From the NCBI RefSeq assembly GCF_009914755.1, contig NC_060937.1: 64,000 nt of DNA. One strand, written 5' to 3'. The notes beneath the pieces are model-generated. The model had not been told where the DNA came from and searched no databases. It was given only the letters and a program-made list of their open reading frames with translations. Positions within the stretch are counted from its first letter, which is position 1. Every line of letters begins with the position of its first letter. Shown piece after piece: positions 39,070 through 52,826 of the stretch. The stretch comes from the human T2T-CHM13v2.0 reference genome, Homo sapiens. The translations under genes were made by a program, and so were the position numbers.

Positions 39070-39690
39070 TTTAGGGAGAAACAGCAAGATGGCTGACCAG
39101 GACATCCTAGCCCTTACCTTGCCTTGCCACAAAAACAATGATTTAACAACTGCCCATGGGTGAAAATAGCTCTGGGAGAGCTCTCAAGTACAATTAGGGA
39201 GCTGTCCAATTAGGGCACAAAAACTGAGGATGGCCACATAGAAAAGTGTAGGAATCATTTTACCTGTATCACCTGTCCTAGGTAGATATAGCTTAGAGCC
39301 AAGAGAGATCCTCTTGGCTTTAACTCCCCACTCACCCGCCAGAGGGAAAGGAGAGCAGGAGGACTTTTGGATTCTGTGCACTGAGGACTCTAGCAGCCCT
39401 CACCACCTCACCATTGTTGTAGACAACTGTAGCACCAGCTGCTGAGAACCCCTACAGTATTTGCTGATGCTGACTCCGGCTGATGGAGCAGCCCAGAATT
39501 TACATTTCTGAGCCTTGCAACCCTGGAGCAAGAAATATTTGTTGTGTCTCCCCAGGGTCAGCGCTGCCACTGCACAACCTCAGGGTTGGAACCACCACCA
39601 TGGAAACTTTTGCTGCTGACACACATGTACCCACCCACAGAACCAGAAGCCACCACACCCACCCCCAAATGGACAATTCAGTACTTCCCT
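39070..39690 (+). mobile_element. Old L1M 5'UTR-like fragment
   Basis: Begins gggagaaacagcaagatggctgacc (L1 5' caagatggc motif), GC-richer than flanks; subfamily uncertain. Confidence 0.5.
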
Positions 39691-40467
39691 AGTTTCTTAT
39701 AGACAACATATAGGTTTCTCATGCTATTTGATTTCCTCTGACAATCTGTTTTTATTGGTGCATTTAGACTACTGATGTTCAAAATGTTTATTGATACAGT
39801 TGGATACATACCTATTTATTACTTTTTATATTTGTTGCCTTGTTCTTTGCTTTTATTTTGTATCCCACTCTTTTTCTGTCCTTTGTATTTAATTGAGCAT
39901 TTCATATAATGCAACATCTCTTCTGTCTGACAGTTTTTATTTTGATTATCCTGTTCCCATTATAAGTTGTAGGGTAGGGAATGAACAGATGAATTTTTCT
40001 CTTAGTCATTTGACTTCACTGCCAGCATGCCAGCATTACTAAAATGTTTAAGAAGATCTTTCTGGCATAAGGATAATTATACTAGATGAAAATTTAGATC
40101 TACATAATTGAATAAAGAGTAGTTGGGAATGATAGGTATATAGATAGATATAATTTTTATTTCACATACTGAAAACATTAGTGGAAAAGCTGATGAACTT
40201 TGAACAAGGTGTTTAGTTTATTTAATAATAATATACCAAAAGTAATTTTCTGGTTTGATCATTACAATGTGGTTTTGCCAAGTGATAAAATTAGTGGAAT
40301 CTGGTTGTAGGAGTATGTGGAAACTCTCTGTACAATTTCTGTAACTTTTCCATAAGCCTAAAATTAGTTTTAAAGAAGTTTAGAAAGAAAGAAAATAAAC
40401 TGCCAGAAAGAAGATAAAACATATGTGAAAATAATCAATTAATCCAAAAGTAGAAAAAATCAAAATT

Positions 40468-40839
<372 letters not shown>

Positions 40840-41441
40840 TCAGATTTACATCCAACATTATCAATAAATAATGTAAATGAATTAATTCCTCTAATTAGAA
40901 GGTGACATTGAAATTATATATTTTAAAAAAGCAGAACCAAACTATATGTTCCCTGTAAGAAACAGAGTCTAAAGTCATAGGATTTAAAAAAATGTGAACA
41001 ATGCTAATGTTAATCTAATAAAAGCTGGAATTATTATATTAAATCAGAAAACGTTGATTTCAGGGCAAGGAATGTTACCAGGAATGAAGAGGATCATCTC
41101 ATAATGATTAAAGAGTCAATTTAATAGATATGACGTAAATGCCTTAATATGCATGTACCTAATATAAGAACTTCAAAGTACAGAAATCAAAAATAAATAA
41201 AAATTAAAGGATAAATAAATACTTTTCTATTATATTTGTTAATGTCAACCCTGTACTTGACAGAGTAAGTGAGTACTTCCTGTGGAACAGATCTGAAAAA
41301 TAAAAAAAAATAAGTAAACATAAAATAAGTTTGTTTAAGTGAATATGAAACATTTACCTAGATATGTCATATTCTGAACCATAAGCCTATTTCAATAAAT
41401 CTAACAGAGTACAGAAAGGGAATCATGTTAAAAATTAAATA

Positions 41442-41816
<375 letters not shown>

Positions 41817-41950
41817 TTAAAGAATTTTGTAAGTGATTAGAAAATATTTTCCTCTGATTTAAAATAAAACCAAAAAGAGGAAAGCTCTCAAATAATTGAC
41901 GTAAGCTTCCAGCTAGAGAAACCAGGAAAAAGTAAGTGAAAATTAAATCT

Positions 41951-42271
<321 letters not shown>

Positions 42272-42642
42272 TTAAATCTAAAACAAAGAAGGAGATAATA
42301 AAGAAAACAGCAGAAATCCGTGAAATAGAGCACAGGAAAATAGAAATCAATGAATCCAAAAGTTGGCTTTCTGAAATCGGTAATAATATTGACAAAACTC
42401 TGACCAAACAATTAAGAAGGAAGGAAGGAAAGAAAAAACATAAATTACCCTGTGAAGAATAAGAGAGATGATTTCTTTACAGATGTTACAGATATTGAAA
42501 GTGTAATAACTGAATATTATGAAAAACTTGTCAATACATTCAACAGAAACCAAAAAATAATAAATTCAATTATTATTGAGTCATGTAATAAAATTATTAA
42601 CAATGAGAAATATTGAGTTGTTTCTGCATGTCTTTTACATAT

Positions 42643-42996
42643 GCCGGGTGCAGTACTTCATACCTGTATTATTACCTTTAACATATGCATTTCATGTATG
42701 TAACATATGTAATACCAGCACTTTGGGAGGCCAAGGCGGGTAGATCGCCTAAAGTCAGGAGTTCAAGACCAGCCTGACCAAAATGGTGGAACCCTGTCTC
42801 TACTAAAAAATACAAAAATTAGCCAGGTGTGATGGTGGGTGCTTGTAATCCCAGTTACCCAGGTGGATGAGGCAGGATAATTGCTTTAGCCCAGAAGGCA
42901 GAGGCTGTGGTGAACCTAGATCATGCCACTGCACTCCAGCCTGGGTGACAGAGTGAGACTCCATCTCAAAAAAAAAAAAAAAGAAAAAGAAATTTA
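42643..42996 (+). mobile_element. AluS carrying a 43-bp non-Alu insertion near its 5' end
   Basis: gccgggtgcagt..cctgta[insert]ataccagcactttgggagg; TSD tcttttacatat at 42631-42642 and 42997-43008. Confidence 0.92.
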
Positions 42997-43384
42997 TCTT
43001 TTACATATTGTTATATTAAAAAAAGATGTATAGAGTATAATTGTATTTGATAAAAATAGCGATTCTTAGTGTGAATATGCAAAAATATAATCATACTTAT
43101 CAAGACAATATATCAAAAAAATTTCCAGGATATATATTATGATTGTGGGAAGATAGATAATTTTACTTTTTATTTCACATGATTCATTATGGTGTGATTT
43201 TAGTTTATATAAAGAGGGTATTCAAAAAAAATTTCAATAGGTTTTAGAAAAGATAAATTAGTATACACAAGCAAATCAGTAATTTTTTAAAGTATGAATA
43301 ACTGTGAAGCACTGTGGTATTATGAAAAGACCATGGATAAGTCTGTTCCTTCTCATGATGGATTCCTGCCTGCAAACAAAAAAT

Positions 43385-43677
43385 TTTGTTCTTTTCTTTT
43401 TTGGAGATAGAGTCTTGCTTTGTCACCCAGGCTGAATTCCAGTGCTGTGAACACAGCTCACTTCAGCCTTGACCTCCTGGGCTCGAGTTATCCTCCCACC
43501 TCAGCTTCCTGAGTAGCTGGGACCACAGGTGTGCACCACCACTCCTGGCTAATTTTTTCTAAAGACAGGGCCTTGCCATGTTGACCAGACTGGTCTTGAA
43601 CTCCTGGGCTCAAGTGATCCACCCATCTCGGCCTCCCAAATTGCTGGGACTACAGGCATGAGCCATGGTGCCCAGCT
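43385..43677 (-). mobile_element. AluJ
   Basis: cagccttgacctcctgggctc and ctcctgggctcaagtgatcc J-type diagnostics. Confidence 0.9.
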
Positions 43678-43881
43678 TGGTAAATTTTCTTGACTTCCAT
43701 ATTCGTAAGTTCCTCATTGACAAAAAAAAGTGTTATGAGCTACTATATACCTATAACCATTATTTTAAACTTACTGTGATATGTTACGTAATACACTTTT
43801 GGCCCCAAAACTTTCACCTTATTTCTTCTTCTCTTATTTTGACTTTTTCCTCTTCAGGTAATTTTCAGTGGAAATAAAAGA

Positions 43882-43883
<2 letters not shown>

Positions 43884-43915
<32 letters not shown>
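43884..43915. repeat. (GT)n microsatellite
   Basis: About 16 GT units directly visible. Confidence 0.97.
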
Positions 43916-43918
<3 letters not shown>

Positions 43919-46019
43919 AGAAATGGAACAATTGAAAAACACACAAGAAATATTTTTAACTTCTTCAGTTACTGGATATCTTGAATTTCACTGTAGGAAT
44001 CTTTCCAGAGATGTCAAGACTAGTTTTAGTGGTTTTTATATACTGTCCATACTTTCTTAGCTATTCTCAAAGTATACTAGTGAGACGACACGAGTTTTTC
44101 ATAAAAGAAAAGCTTTATTGTCTTTTTTTTGTGTTTAATGAACTTCTCAACTTGTCTTAGATGCTCAACAACAACTTAAATGCAAAGTATTTTGCTTTCA
44201 ACAAATCATCAAATGTGTTTGTCTAAATTAGAATGATCCCTACTTACCTATTAGAGAGTTTCACTTAGCTTTTCTGAAACAAATAGAATAATTCTGAAAA
44301 AAAAATCTGAAAAAAATCTTAAAAAAAGAAATGGCTTGCATTTTAACACTACATTTTTTCTCCTTAAAAGTAAGTATTTGGTACTGAAGTTTCCATGCTT
44401 CATCCTTATTAATTTCATCAGTTTTTAAATGCACATTATGAATAATTTGTTTCTCATATTTTCCTCTCCTATCAGTCAACTCTCTTATATTAAGTGTTGC
44501 CCAAGAAAAAAAATGTTACCTAATGTCAAGAACTTTGTTTCTGGAAAATTCAGCTGATTTGGAGTTAGTTATTTTCATAATTCTAGAACACTATTTGCTG
44601 TTATATTAGCATACTGCTAGAATAAGTTACACTGCTTTAACTATTTCATAAGTAATGATTTTCTGACATTTAATGTTTTATTCTTCATCTACTGATATTT
44701 TATCTTTTATCTTTCCAACCCTCTATTATTATTACCTTTAATATATGTATTCCATATAGCTATTTTATAAAAATAGAATTATGTTTGAACAATTGAAATA
44801 CGTTTCTTCAGAATATCTTACCTTAGCACTGAATTTAGACAAACATGGATGCATATTTTAGAACTGATTTCTTTTTCTTCACATACTTTTTAAAATACAG
44901 TTCTGAGAAATTTTAATTGTAATTATTGACTGCTGTTTAATTTCTTAGTTTTTCCTGTTGCTAATAACCCGACCTCAAAAACCTCAAAGTTTTCAGTCAG
45001 ACACATCAGAATTATTTTTCCTTTTAGTCCAACAACATGGAATTTTGGATTACTCCTAACCATATTCTTTCATACAAGATAACAGAAGCTTTGCTTCAGT
45101 GACTCTATTGGGATATCTCAGTTTAATCAAACAACCTCTACTTTGTACTGAGTCGGAATCCAACCACAACGTCTACTTGAGTGATGGGAACACAAAGAAT
45201 TGAAGCAGTTCATTTCAGAAATAATTCTTGATTCAATTGTAACCCAAATGATTTAGCTCAATTTGCATGCTTAGGAAGTAACTTTCATACTTAAATAAAG
45301 GCACTTTTAATTTTGCCCTCTCCTTTTCCTTTGATTATGCTTAAAACCTCAAGGATTTCATTAAGAACATGGTAGCTGTTTCAGTATCTTTTTAATTAAA
45401 TTTCAGTTTCAATTAAGAGCTCCCTGTATTGACAAATACTCTCTTGCACTTCTATGTCCAGATATTTTAACTATGCTTTCCCCTCCAGAAAAATCAAATA
45501 TTTAATATAAAGAATCATATTATTACTCAATTCTTCAAATTTTATTGTTTGAATAGCTTTGATTACAAAAATTATCATAATGAGTACACCATAGCACGTA
45601 ATTATATAACTATTTCATTTAGTCTTTCAACTCAAACAATAGCTTTTAAGGGTATTCATAAGAAACAAAATAATAGGTCACACATGTTTCACAAATATGT
45701 ATGTATGTATACATTTTAATAAAATGTATGACAATTTTATATTTTTAAATTTTTAAATTACCTAGGATACATGCACAATTAAAATTAAATATAGATCTTC
45801 AGCAGACCCTTTTTATTCAGGCCTGATTTTTACTTCCAATATTTATGATGTAAATATACTTTGGGACTCAATTAATTACTTCATTATGATATGTTTAAAA
45901 TCTATTTTACATGTGTTCACATGAGGTAAACCCACGAGTTACAGAAGAAAATGATTGTTGATCTAAGGCGCTGTGTGTTTGTTTCTTAAGGCTGATTCCC
46001 AGAGTATTATGCTGGGAGA

Positions 46020-46270
46020 TTTTTTTTTTCTTTTTTCCTTTTTTCTTAGAGACAGGGTCTTGGTCTGTCACCCAGGCTGCAGTGCTGTGCTGCAATTATA
46101 GCTTACTGTAACCTCAAACCTCAGACTCAAGTTATCCTCCAGCCTCAGGCTTTTGAGTATTCTGGGACTATAAATGTGTGTCATCATGTCTGGCTCATAT
46201 ATATATATATATTTTATATATATATATTTTATATATGCTGGGACTACAAGCATGAGCCACTGCATCCAAG
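46020..46270 (-). mobile_element. Degraded AluJ with an (AT)n expansion replacing part of the left arm
   Basis: gagacagggtcttggtctgtcacccaggctg ... (AT)n ... gctgggactacaagcatgagccactgc. Confidence 0.8.
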
Positions 46271-46864
46271 TTATGCTAGGAGGTTTTAGAAGATAGATAT
46301 GCATGCCTACATATTTAGGTTGATATGTATGCATATTTTACCTGAAATGTTTGCATTCAAATTTTTTTAATGTAACTTTTCCCCACAATTCTTAATAAAG
46401 TTTTTTAACTGCAATTTTAGAGTGCATTTTTTGTTTTGCTTTGCTTTCCAGGGTTTCCAAGCGAATAATTTTCTGTAGGAATTTCGGTAATAGTTACCTA
46501 GGTACTGATTTTCTCACATTTGTGATTTTTTTTTCTGTTAGTCAAACTCTTAAAGCCAAACTGCCATTCAGTTTTTCTTGTATGATTATATTTTGTAGGC
46601 ATAACTAACATATCCTAAATTATTTCAGGGATGCTTCAAAGTAGAGTTTCTTTTGTGTCCACTGTAAACTGTAATGCATGTGGACTTGATTGCATGGGAA
46701 TTACTTTTCTAGACGAATATCAGATTATTTCAGGCTTCATAGTTCATCTTTGAATGAAGTGATGTTTCTTAAAAATTTCAAATATATTCCAACAGTTAAA
46801 ACATCTCAAAATTTAAACTTAATGATTTCTTATAAAATTCCTCATTTATGGAATGCTAGCAATT

Positions 46865-47420
46865 ATAGCAATCATTCATTCACTGAGCATGTATTTAAAG
46901 TCTATTCTATGCCAAGCACTAGCACAGTTTTAAGTGCTTGATGAATGTATGTGAGACTTTACTCTTTCGGTGCTTTCATTCTAGTGAGCAATGTCCAAAA
47001 ATTGGTAATGAAAGTAAAAATACCATTCAAATAGAGATGAGTGATATAGATAAAACAGAACAGGGTAATATAAGGAGAATAATGGGAGTGAAATTTATAC
47101 AGAGAGCTCAGAGAAGATTGCTCTGAAGAGAGATATTTGAGATGAGATCTGAAGGAGGAGAGAAATCTAATATTGGAGAAATCTTGGATACATTTTGGGC
47201 AGGCATTATGTCAAATTAAAGCCAAAAATATACAGTGAGAGACTGAAGAAAATGCTAATATTCAGGGCAGGGCATTTGGGAACGGTAGCAGAATGAGATT
47301 GTTGTTGGAAAAATAGAGGACCTGTGATGCAAGCCCTTGTGTTCTTGTGAACAGAGCATGGGGTTTGGACTTTATTCAAATTACAATAGAATCTCATAGG
47401 CAATACTTTAGTCATTATTC
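46865..47420 (+). mobile_element. L2 relic
   Basis: cattcattcactgagcatgtattta..tatgccaagcact ... gatatttgagatgagatctgaagga ... tttggactttattc; strand assignment tentative. Confidence 0.65.
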
Positions 47421-50400
47421 AATCCAGCTCTGTCACGGAAGTTTACACTCACTTACATTAGATTCAATGCTAGAACTATAGTCACTGGATATCCTGTTAC
47501 ATTTGCTCAGAACATACAAATATTTATGAAAATAATTATACTCCCATATTTGGCTCCCTTATCTGATGTTTGTCTTTTAAAAATATCTTTTTATTATTTA
47601 AAAATTTATTTTTAATTTTTGTAGGTACATAGTAGGTGTATATATTTATGGGATATATGAGATATATTGACACAGGCATAGAATGTGTAATAATCACAGC
47701 AGGGTAAATGGACTATCCATCACCCGAAGCAGTTATCCTTTGTGTTACAAAAAATCCACTTATGCTCTTTTAGTTATTTTGAAATGTATAATTGAAATAT
47801 TATTGCTTATAGTCACCCCATTATGCTATCAAATACTAGACCTTATTCATGCTTTTTATTTTTTGTACCCATTAACTATCCCCAATCCCCTCTCCCAGCC
47901 TTTCACTACCCTTCCCAACCTCTAGTAACAATCATTTTACTATTTCTATGAGTTTAATTGTTTTAATTTTTAGCTCCCACAAATACGTGAGAAGATGTGA
48001 AGTTTGTCTTTCTGTGCCTGGCTTATTTTGCTTAACATAATGACCTCCAGCTCCACACATTCTGTCACCAATGACAGGATTCCATTAATTTTTATGAACA
48101 AATAGTACTCCATTTTGTATATGTACCACATTTTCTTTATCCATTCATTTGTTGATGGACAACTGGGTTGCTTCCAAATCTTGGTTATTGTGAACAGTGC
48201 TGCAATAAACATGGGAGTGCAGATATTTCTTAGATACACTGACTTCCTTTCTTCTGTATATACATAGAAGTGACATTGCTGGATCATATGGTAGTTCTAT
48301 TTTTAGTTTTTTGAGGAATCTGCAAACTATTTTTTATAGTGGTTTTACTAATTTACATTCCCACCAGCAGTGGATGAGGGTTCCCTTTTCTCCACATCCT
48401 CACCAGTATTCATTATTGTCTGTCTTTTTGATAAAAGCCATTTTAACTGGGGTGAGATAATATCTCATTGTAGTTTTAATTCACATTTCACTGATGATCA
48501 ATGACCTTGAGTACCTTTTCATGTGCCTTTTTTCCATTTGTATGTCTTCTTTTTAGAAATGTCTATTCAATCTTTTGCCCATTTTAAAATTGGATTATTA
48601 GGATCTTTTCCCATTGAGTTGTTTGAGCTCCTTCTGCATTCTGGTTATTAATCCCTTGTCAGACAGAGTTTGCAAATATTTTCTCCCATTATGTAGGTTG
48701 TCTCTTCACTTTGTTTCCTTTTCTGGGTAGAAGTTTTTAACTTGATGGGACCCCATTTGTTCAATTTTGCTTTGATTGCCTGTGGTTGTGGAGTATTATT
48801 CAAGAAATCTTTGCCCAGTACAGTGTCCTGGAGAGTTTCCCCAATGTTTTCTTTAGTAGTTTCATAGTTTCAGGTCTTAGAGTTAAGTATTTAAGCCATG
48901 TTGATTTTATTTGTTATGTGGCAAGAGATAGCAGTCTACTTTCATTCTTCTGCATATGGATATCTAGTTTTCCCAGCACCATTTATTGAAGAGACTGTCC
49001 TTTTCCAAATAGTCTTGGAAACTTTGTTGAAAATGAGTTAACTGTAGATGTATGGATTTATCTCTGGGTTCTCTATCCTGTTCTACTGGTCTGTTTTTCT
49101 CCTTTATTACAGTACCGTGCTGTTTTGGTTGCTATAGGTCTGTAGTATAATTTAAAGTCAGGTAATGTAATTCCTTCAGTTTTATTCTTTTTGCTCAGGA
49201 GAGTGTTGGCTACTGTGTGTCTTTTGTAGCTTTATATAAATTTTAGGATTTTTTCTCCTATTTTTGTCAAGAATGTCATTGGTATTTTGATAAGAATTGC
49301 CTTGAATCTGTAGATTGCTTTTGGTGCTATGAATATTTTAACAATATTGACTCTTTCAATCCATAAACGTAGAATATCTTTTCATTTTCTGGTGTACTCA
49401 ATTTCTTTCAGCAGTGTTTTATAGTTTTCATTGTAGAGAACTTTTCCTTCTTTGACTAAGTTAATTCCTAGGTATTTGGTTTTATTTGTAGCTATTGTAA
49501 ATGGGATTACTTTCTTGATTTCTTTTTCTGATTGTTTGCTATTGGCAAATATTAATAGAAATGCTACTGATTTTTGTATGTTGATGTTGTATCCTGCAAC
49601 TTTTTTGAATTTATCAGTTCTAATAGCTTTGTGCTGGAGTCTTTCAGTTTTTCCAAATATAAAATTATATCATCTGCAAACAAGCATAATTTGACTTTTT
49701 CCATTCCAACTTGGATGGCCTTTGTTTCTTGTTTGATTGCTCTAGCTAGGACTTCCAGAACTATATTGAATAACACTGATGAAAGTGAGCTTCCTTGTCA
49801 TGTTCCAGATACTAGAGGAAAGGCTTTCAGTTTGTTCCCATTCAGTAAGATACTACCTGTGAGTCTGTTACATATGGCTTTTATTGTGTTGAGATGTTTT
49901 TTCTGTACTCAGTTATTTGAGGAATTTTATCATGAAAGAATGTTGAATTTTATCAAATGCTTTCTCAGCATCAATTTAAATGATCATATGGTTTTTGTCC
50001 TTCATTGTGTTGATATGATGTATCACATTAATTGATTTGCATATATCAAATTATCCTTGCCTCTACTGCGATAAATTAACTTTGTCAAGATGAATAATTC
50101 TTTTCAGGGATATTGGTTTGTAGTTTTCTTTTTTGATATGCCTTTGTCTGGTTTTGGTATCAGGGTAATACTGGCCTTGTACAATGAGTTTGGAAGTATT
50201 CTCTCATCCTCTAATTTTTAAAAAGTTTGAGTAGGATTGGTGTTAGTTCTTTAAATGTTCGATAAAATTCAGCAGTGAAGCAATCAGTTCCTGGGATTTT
50301 CTTTGTTAGGAAACATTGTTACCACTTCAATCTTATTGTTTGTTTTTGTTCTACTCAGGTGTTGGATTTCTTCATGGTTCCATCTTGGTAGATTGTACGA

Positions 50401-50577
50401 ATCTAGGGATTTATCCAATCTAGGGATTTATCCATTTTTTTTCTAGGTTTTTCAATTTATTGGCATATAGCTCCTCATAGTAGCCTCTAATGATCCTTTG
50501 AGTTTCTGTGGTGTTAACTCATTTTTCTGCTTGTAATAACTCCTTTTTCATTTCTGATTTTATTTATTTGGGTAGTC

Positions 50578-50892
50578 TCTCTCTCTCTTTTCTTTTTTTT
50601 TTTTCTTTTGGGACAGAGTTTTCCCTCTTGTCCCCCAGGCTGGAGTGCAATGGCATGATCTCAGCTCACTGCAAACTCCGCCTCCCAGATTCAAGCAATT
50701 CTCCTGCCTCAGCCTCCTGAGTAGCTGAGATTGCTGGCATGCACCACCACACCTGGCTAATTTTGTATTTTTAGTAGAAACAGAGTTTCACCATGTTGGT
50801 CAGGCTGGTCTCGAACTCCTGACCTCAGGTGATCCACCTGTCTAGGCCTCCCGAAGTGCTGGGATTACAGGCGTGAGCCACTGCACTGAGCT
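50578..50892 (-). mobile_element. AluS (Sp/Sq-like) inside L1
   Basis: ctcttgtcccccaggctggagtgcaatggc ... gttggtcaggctggtctcgaactcctgacctcaggtgatcc. Confidence 0.93.
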
Positions 50893-52301
50893 GGGTGTCA
50901 TTTTTTAATCTATGCAGCCACTCTATTCAGCCAACTCTATGGTTGTTGATTTGAGCGTTTACTCCATTTACATTCAATATTACTATTGATAAGTCAGGAC
51001 TTACTCTTGCCATTTAGTTATTTGTTTTCTGATTGTTTCGCAATCTCTTCCTTCTTTCCTTCCTTCCTCTCTTCCTTCTAGGGAAGATAATTTTCTCTGG
51101 GAATATGTTTTAATTTCCTTCTTTTCATTTTTTGTTTATCCATTGTACGTTTTTAGATTTGAGATTACCATGAGGCTAGCAAATAATGACTTATAATCCA
51201 TTAATTTAAAATGATGACAACTTAACACTGATTGTAGAAACCAACAGACTAACAAACAAGCAAAGAGAAAAGTAACAAAAACTCTACACTTTGACTTTGT
51301 TTCCTGCTTTTTATCTTTTTGGTTTTTGTATTTATATCTTTTCAGACTGTCTATGTCTTCAAAAGTTGTAGTTATTATTTTTGATTGATTCATCTTTTCA
51401 TCTTTCTATTCAAGATGAGTAATTTACATACCACAATTATAGTGTTATAATATTCTGTTTTTCTGTGTATTTACTATTATCAGTAAATTTTGTATCTTCA
51501 GATAATTTTTTAATGCTTATTAATATTATCTTCTTTTCAATTGAAGAATTCCCTTTAGCATTTCTTGTAGGACAGGCCTGGTGTTGATGAAATCCCTCAG
51601 CTTTTGTTTGTCTGGGAAAGTCTTTATTTCTTCCTCATGTTTGAAGGATATTTTCAACAAGTATACTACTTTAGGGTAAAAGTTTGTTTGTCTGTTTGTT
51701 TTTCTTCAGCACTTTAAATATGTCATGACTCTCTTTCTTGACCTGTAAGGTTTCCACTGAAATGTCTGCTGCCAGATATATTGAAACTTCATTGCATGTT
51801 ATTTGTTTCTTTTCTCTTTCTGAGATCCTTAGGATCCATTCTTTATCTTTGGCCTTTGGGAGTTTGATTATTAAATGCCTTGAGGTAGACTCCTTTGGGT
51901 TAAATTGGCTTGGTGTTCTATAACCTTCTTGTATTTGAATATTTATATCTTTCTCTAGGTTTGAGAAATTCCCTGTTTTTATCCCTTTCAATAAATTTTT
52001 TATCACGCTTTCTCTCTACCTCCTCTGTAAGGCCAACAACTCTTAGGTTCACCCTCTTGAAGCTGTTTTCTAGATCTTGTATGTGTACTTATTTCTTTTT
52101 TATTCTTTTTTCTTTTGTCTTCTCTGTGTATTTTCAAATAGTCTATTTTTAAGCTCACTAATTCATTCTTCTGCTTGATAAATTCTGCTATGAAGAGACC
52201 CTGATGCATTCTTCCAAATGTCAATTATATTTTTCAATTCCAAAATTTCTGCTTGATTCTTTTTTATTATTTCAATTTTTTTGTTAAATTTATCTGATAG
52301 A

Positions 52302-52600
52302 GCTAGGTGCAGTGGCTCACACCTGTAATCCCAGAAAATTGGGAGGCTAGGCAGATGGATTGCTTGACCTCAGGAGTTCAAGACCAGCCTGCACAACATG
52401 GCTAAACCTGTTTCTACAAAAAAATAGAAAAATTAGCCAGGTGTGGTGGTACATGCCTGTGGTTCCAGCAACTTGAGAGACTAAGGTGGGAAGATCACTT
52501 GACTCCAGCAGGATGAGGCTGCAGTGAGCTGTAATAACACCACTGCACTTCAGCCAGGGCAACAGAGCGAGAACTTGTTACAAACAAACAAACAAACACA
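52302..52600 (+). mobile_element. AluJ inside the L1 ORF1 region
   Basis: Dimeric Alu, gaggctgcagtgagctg, (CAAA)n tail; degenerate TSD ..tgataga. Confidence 0.9.
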
Positions 52601-52826
52601 CAGAAACTGTATGATAGACTTCTGAATTCCTTTGTGTTATCTTGAGCTTTTTTGAGTTTCCTCAACATAGCTATTTTGAATTATTTGTCTGAAAGGTCAC
52701 ATATTTCTGTTTCTCTGGGATTGGTCACTGGTACCTTATTTAGTTTGTTTGGTGAAGTCAATCAATTGTGGCTATTTGTCAGTGTCTGTGCATTAAAGAA
52801 TTAAGTATTTATTGTAGTCTTCGCAG

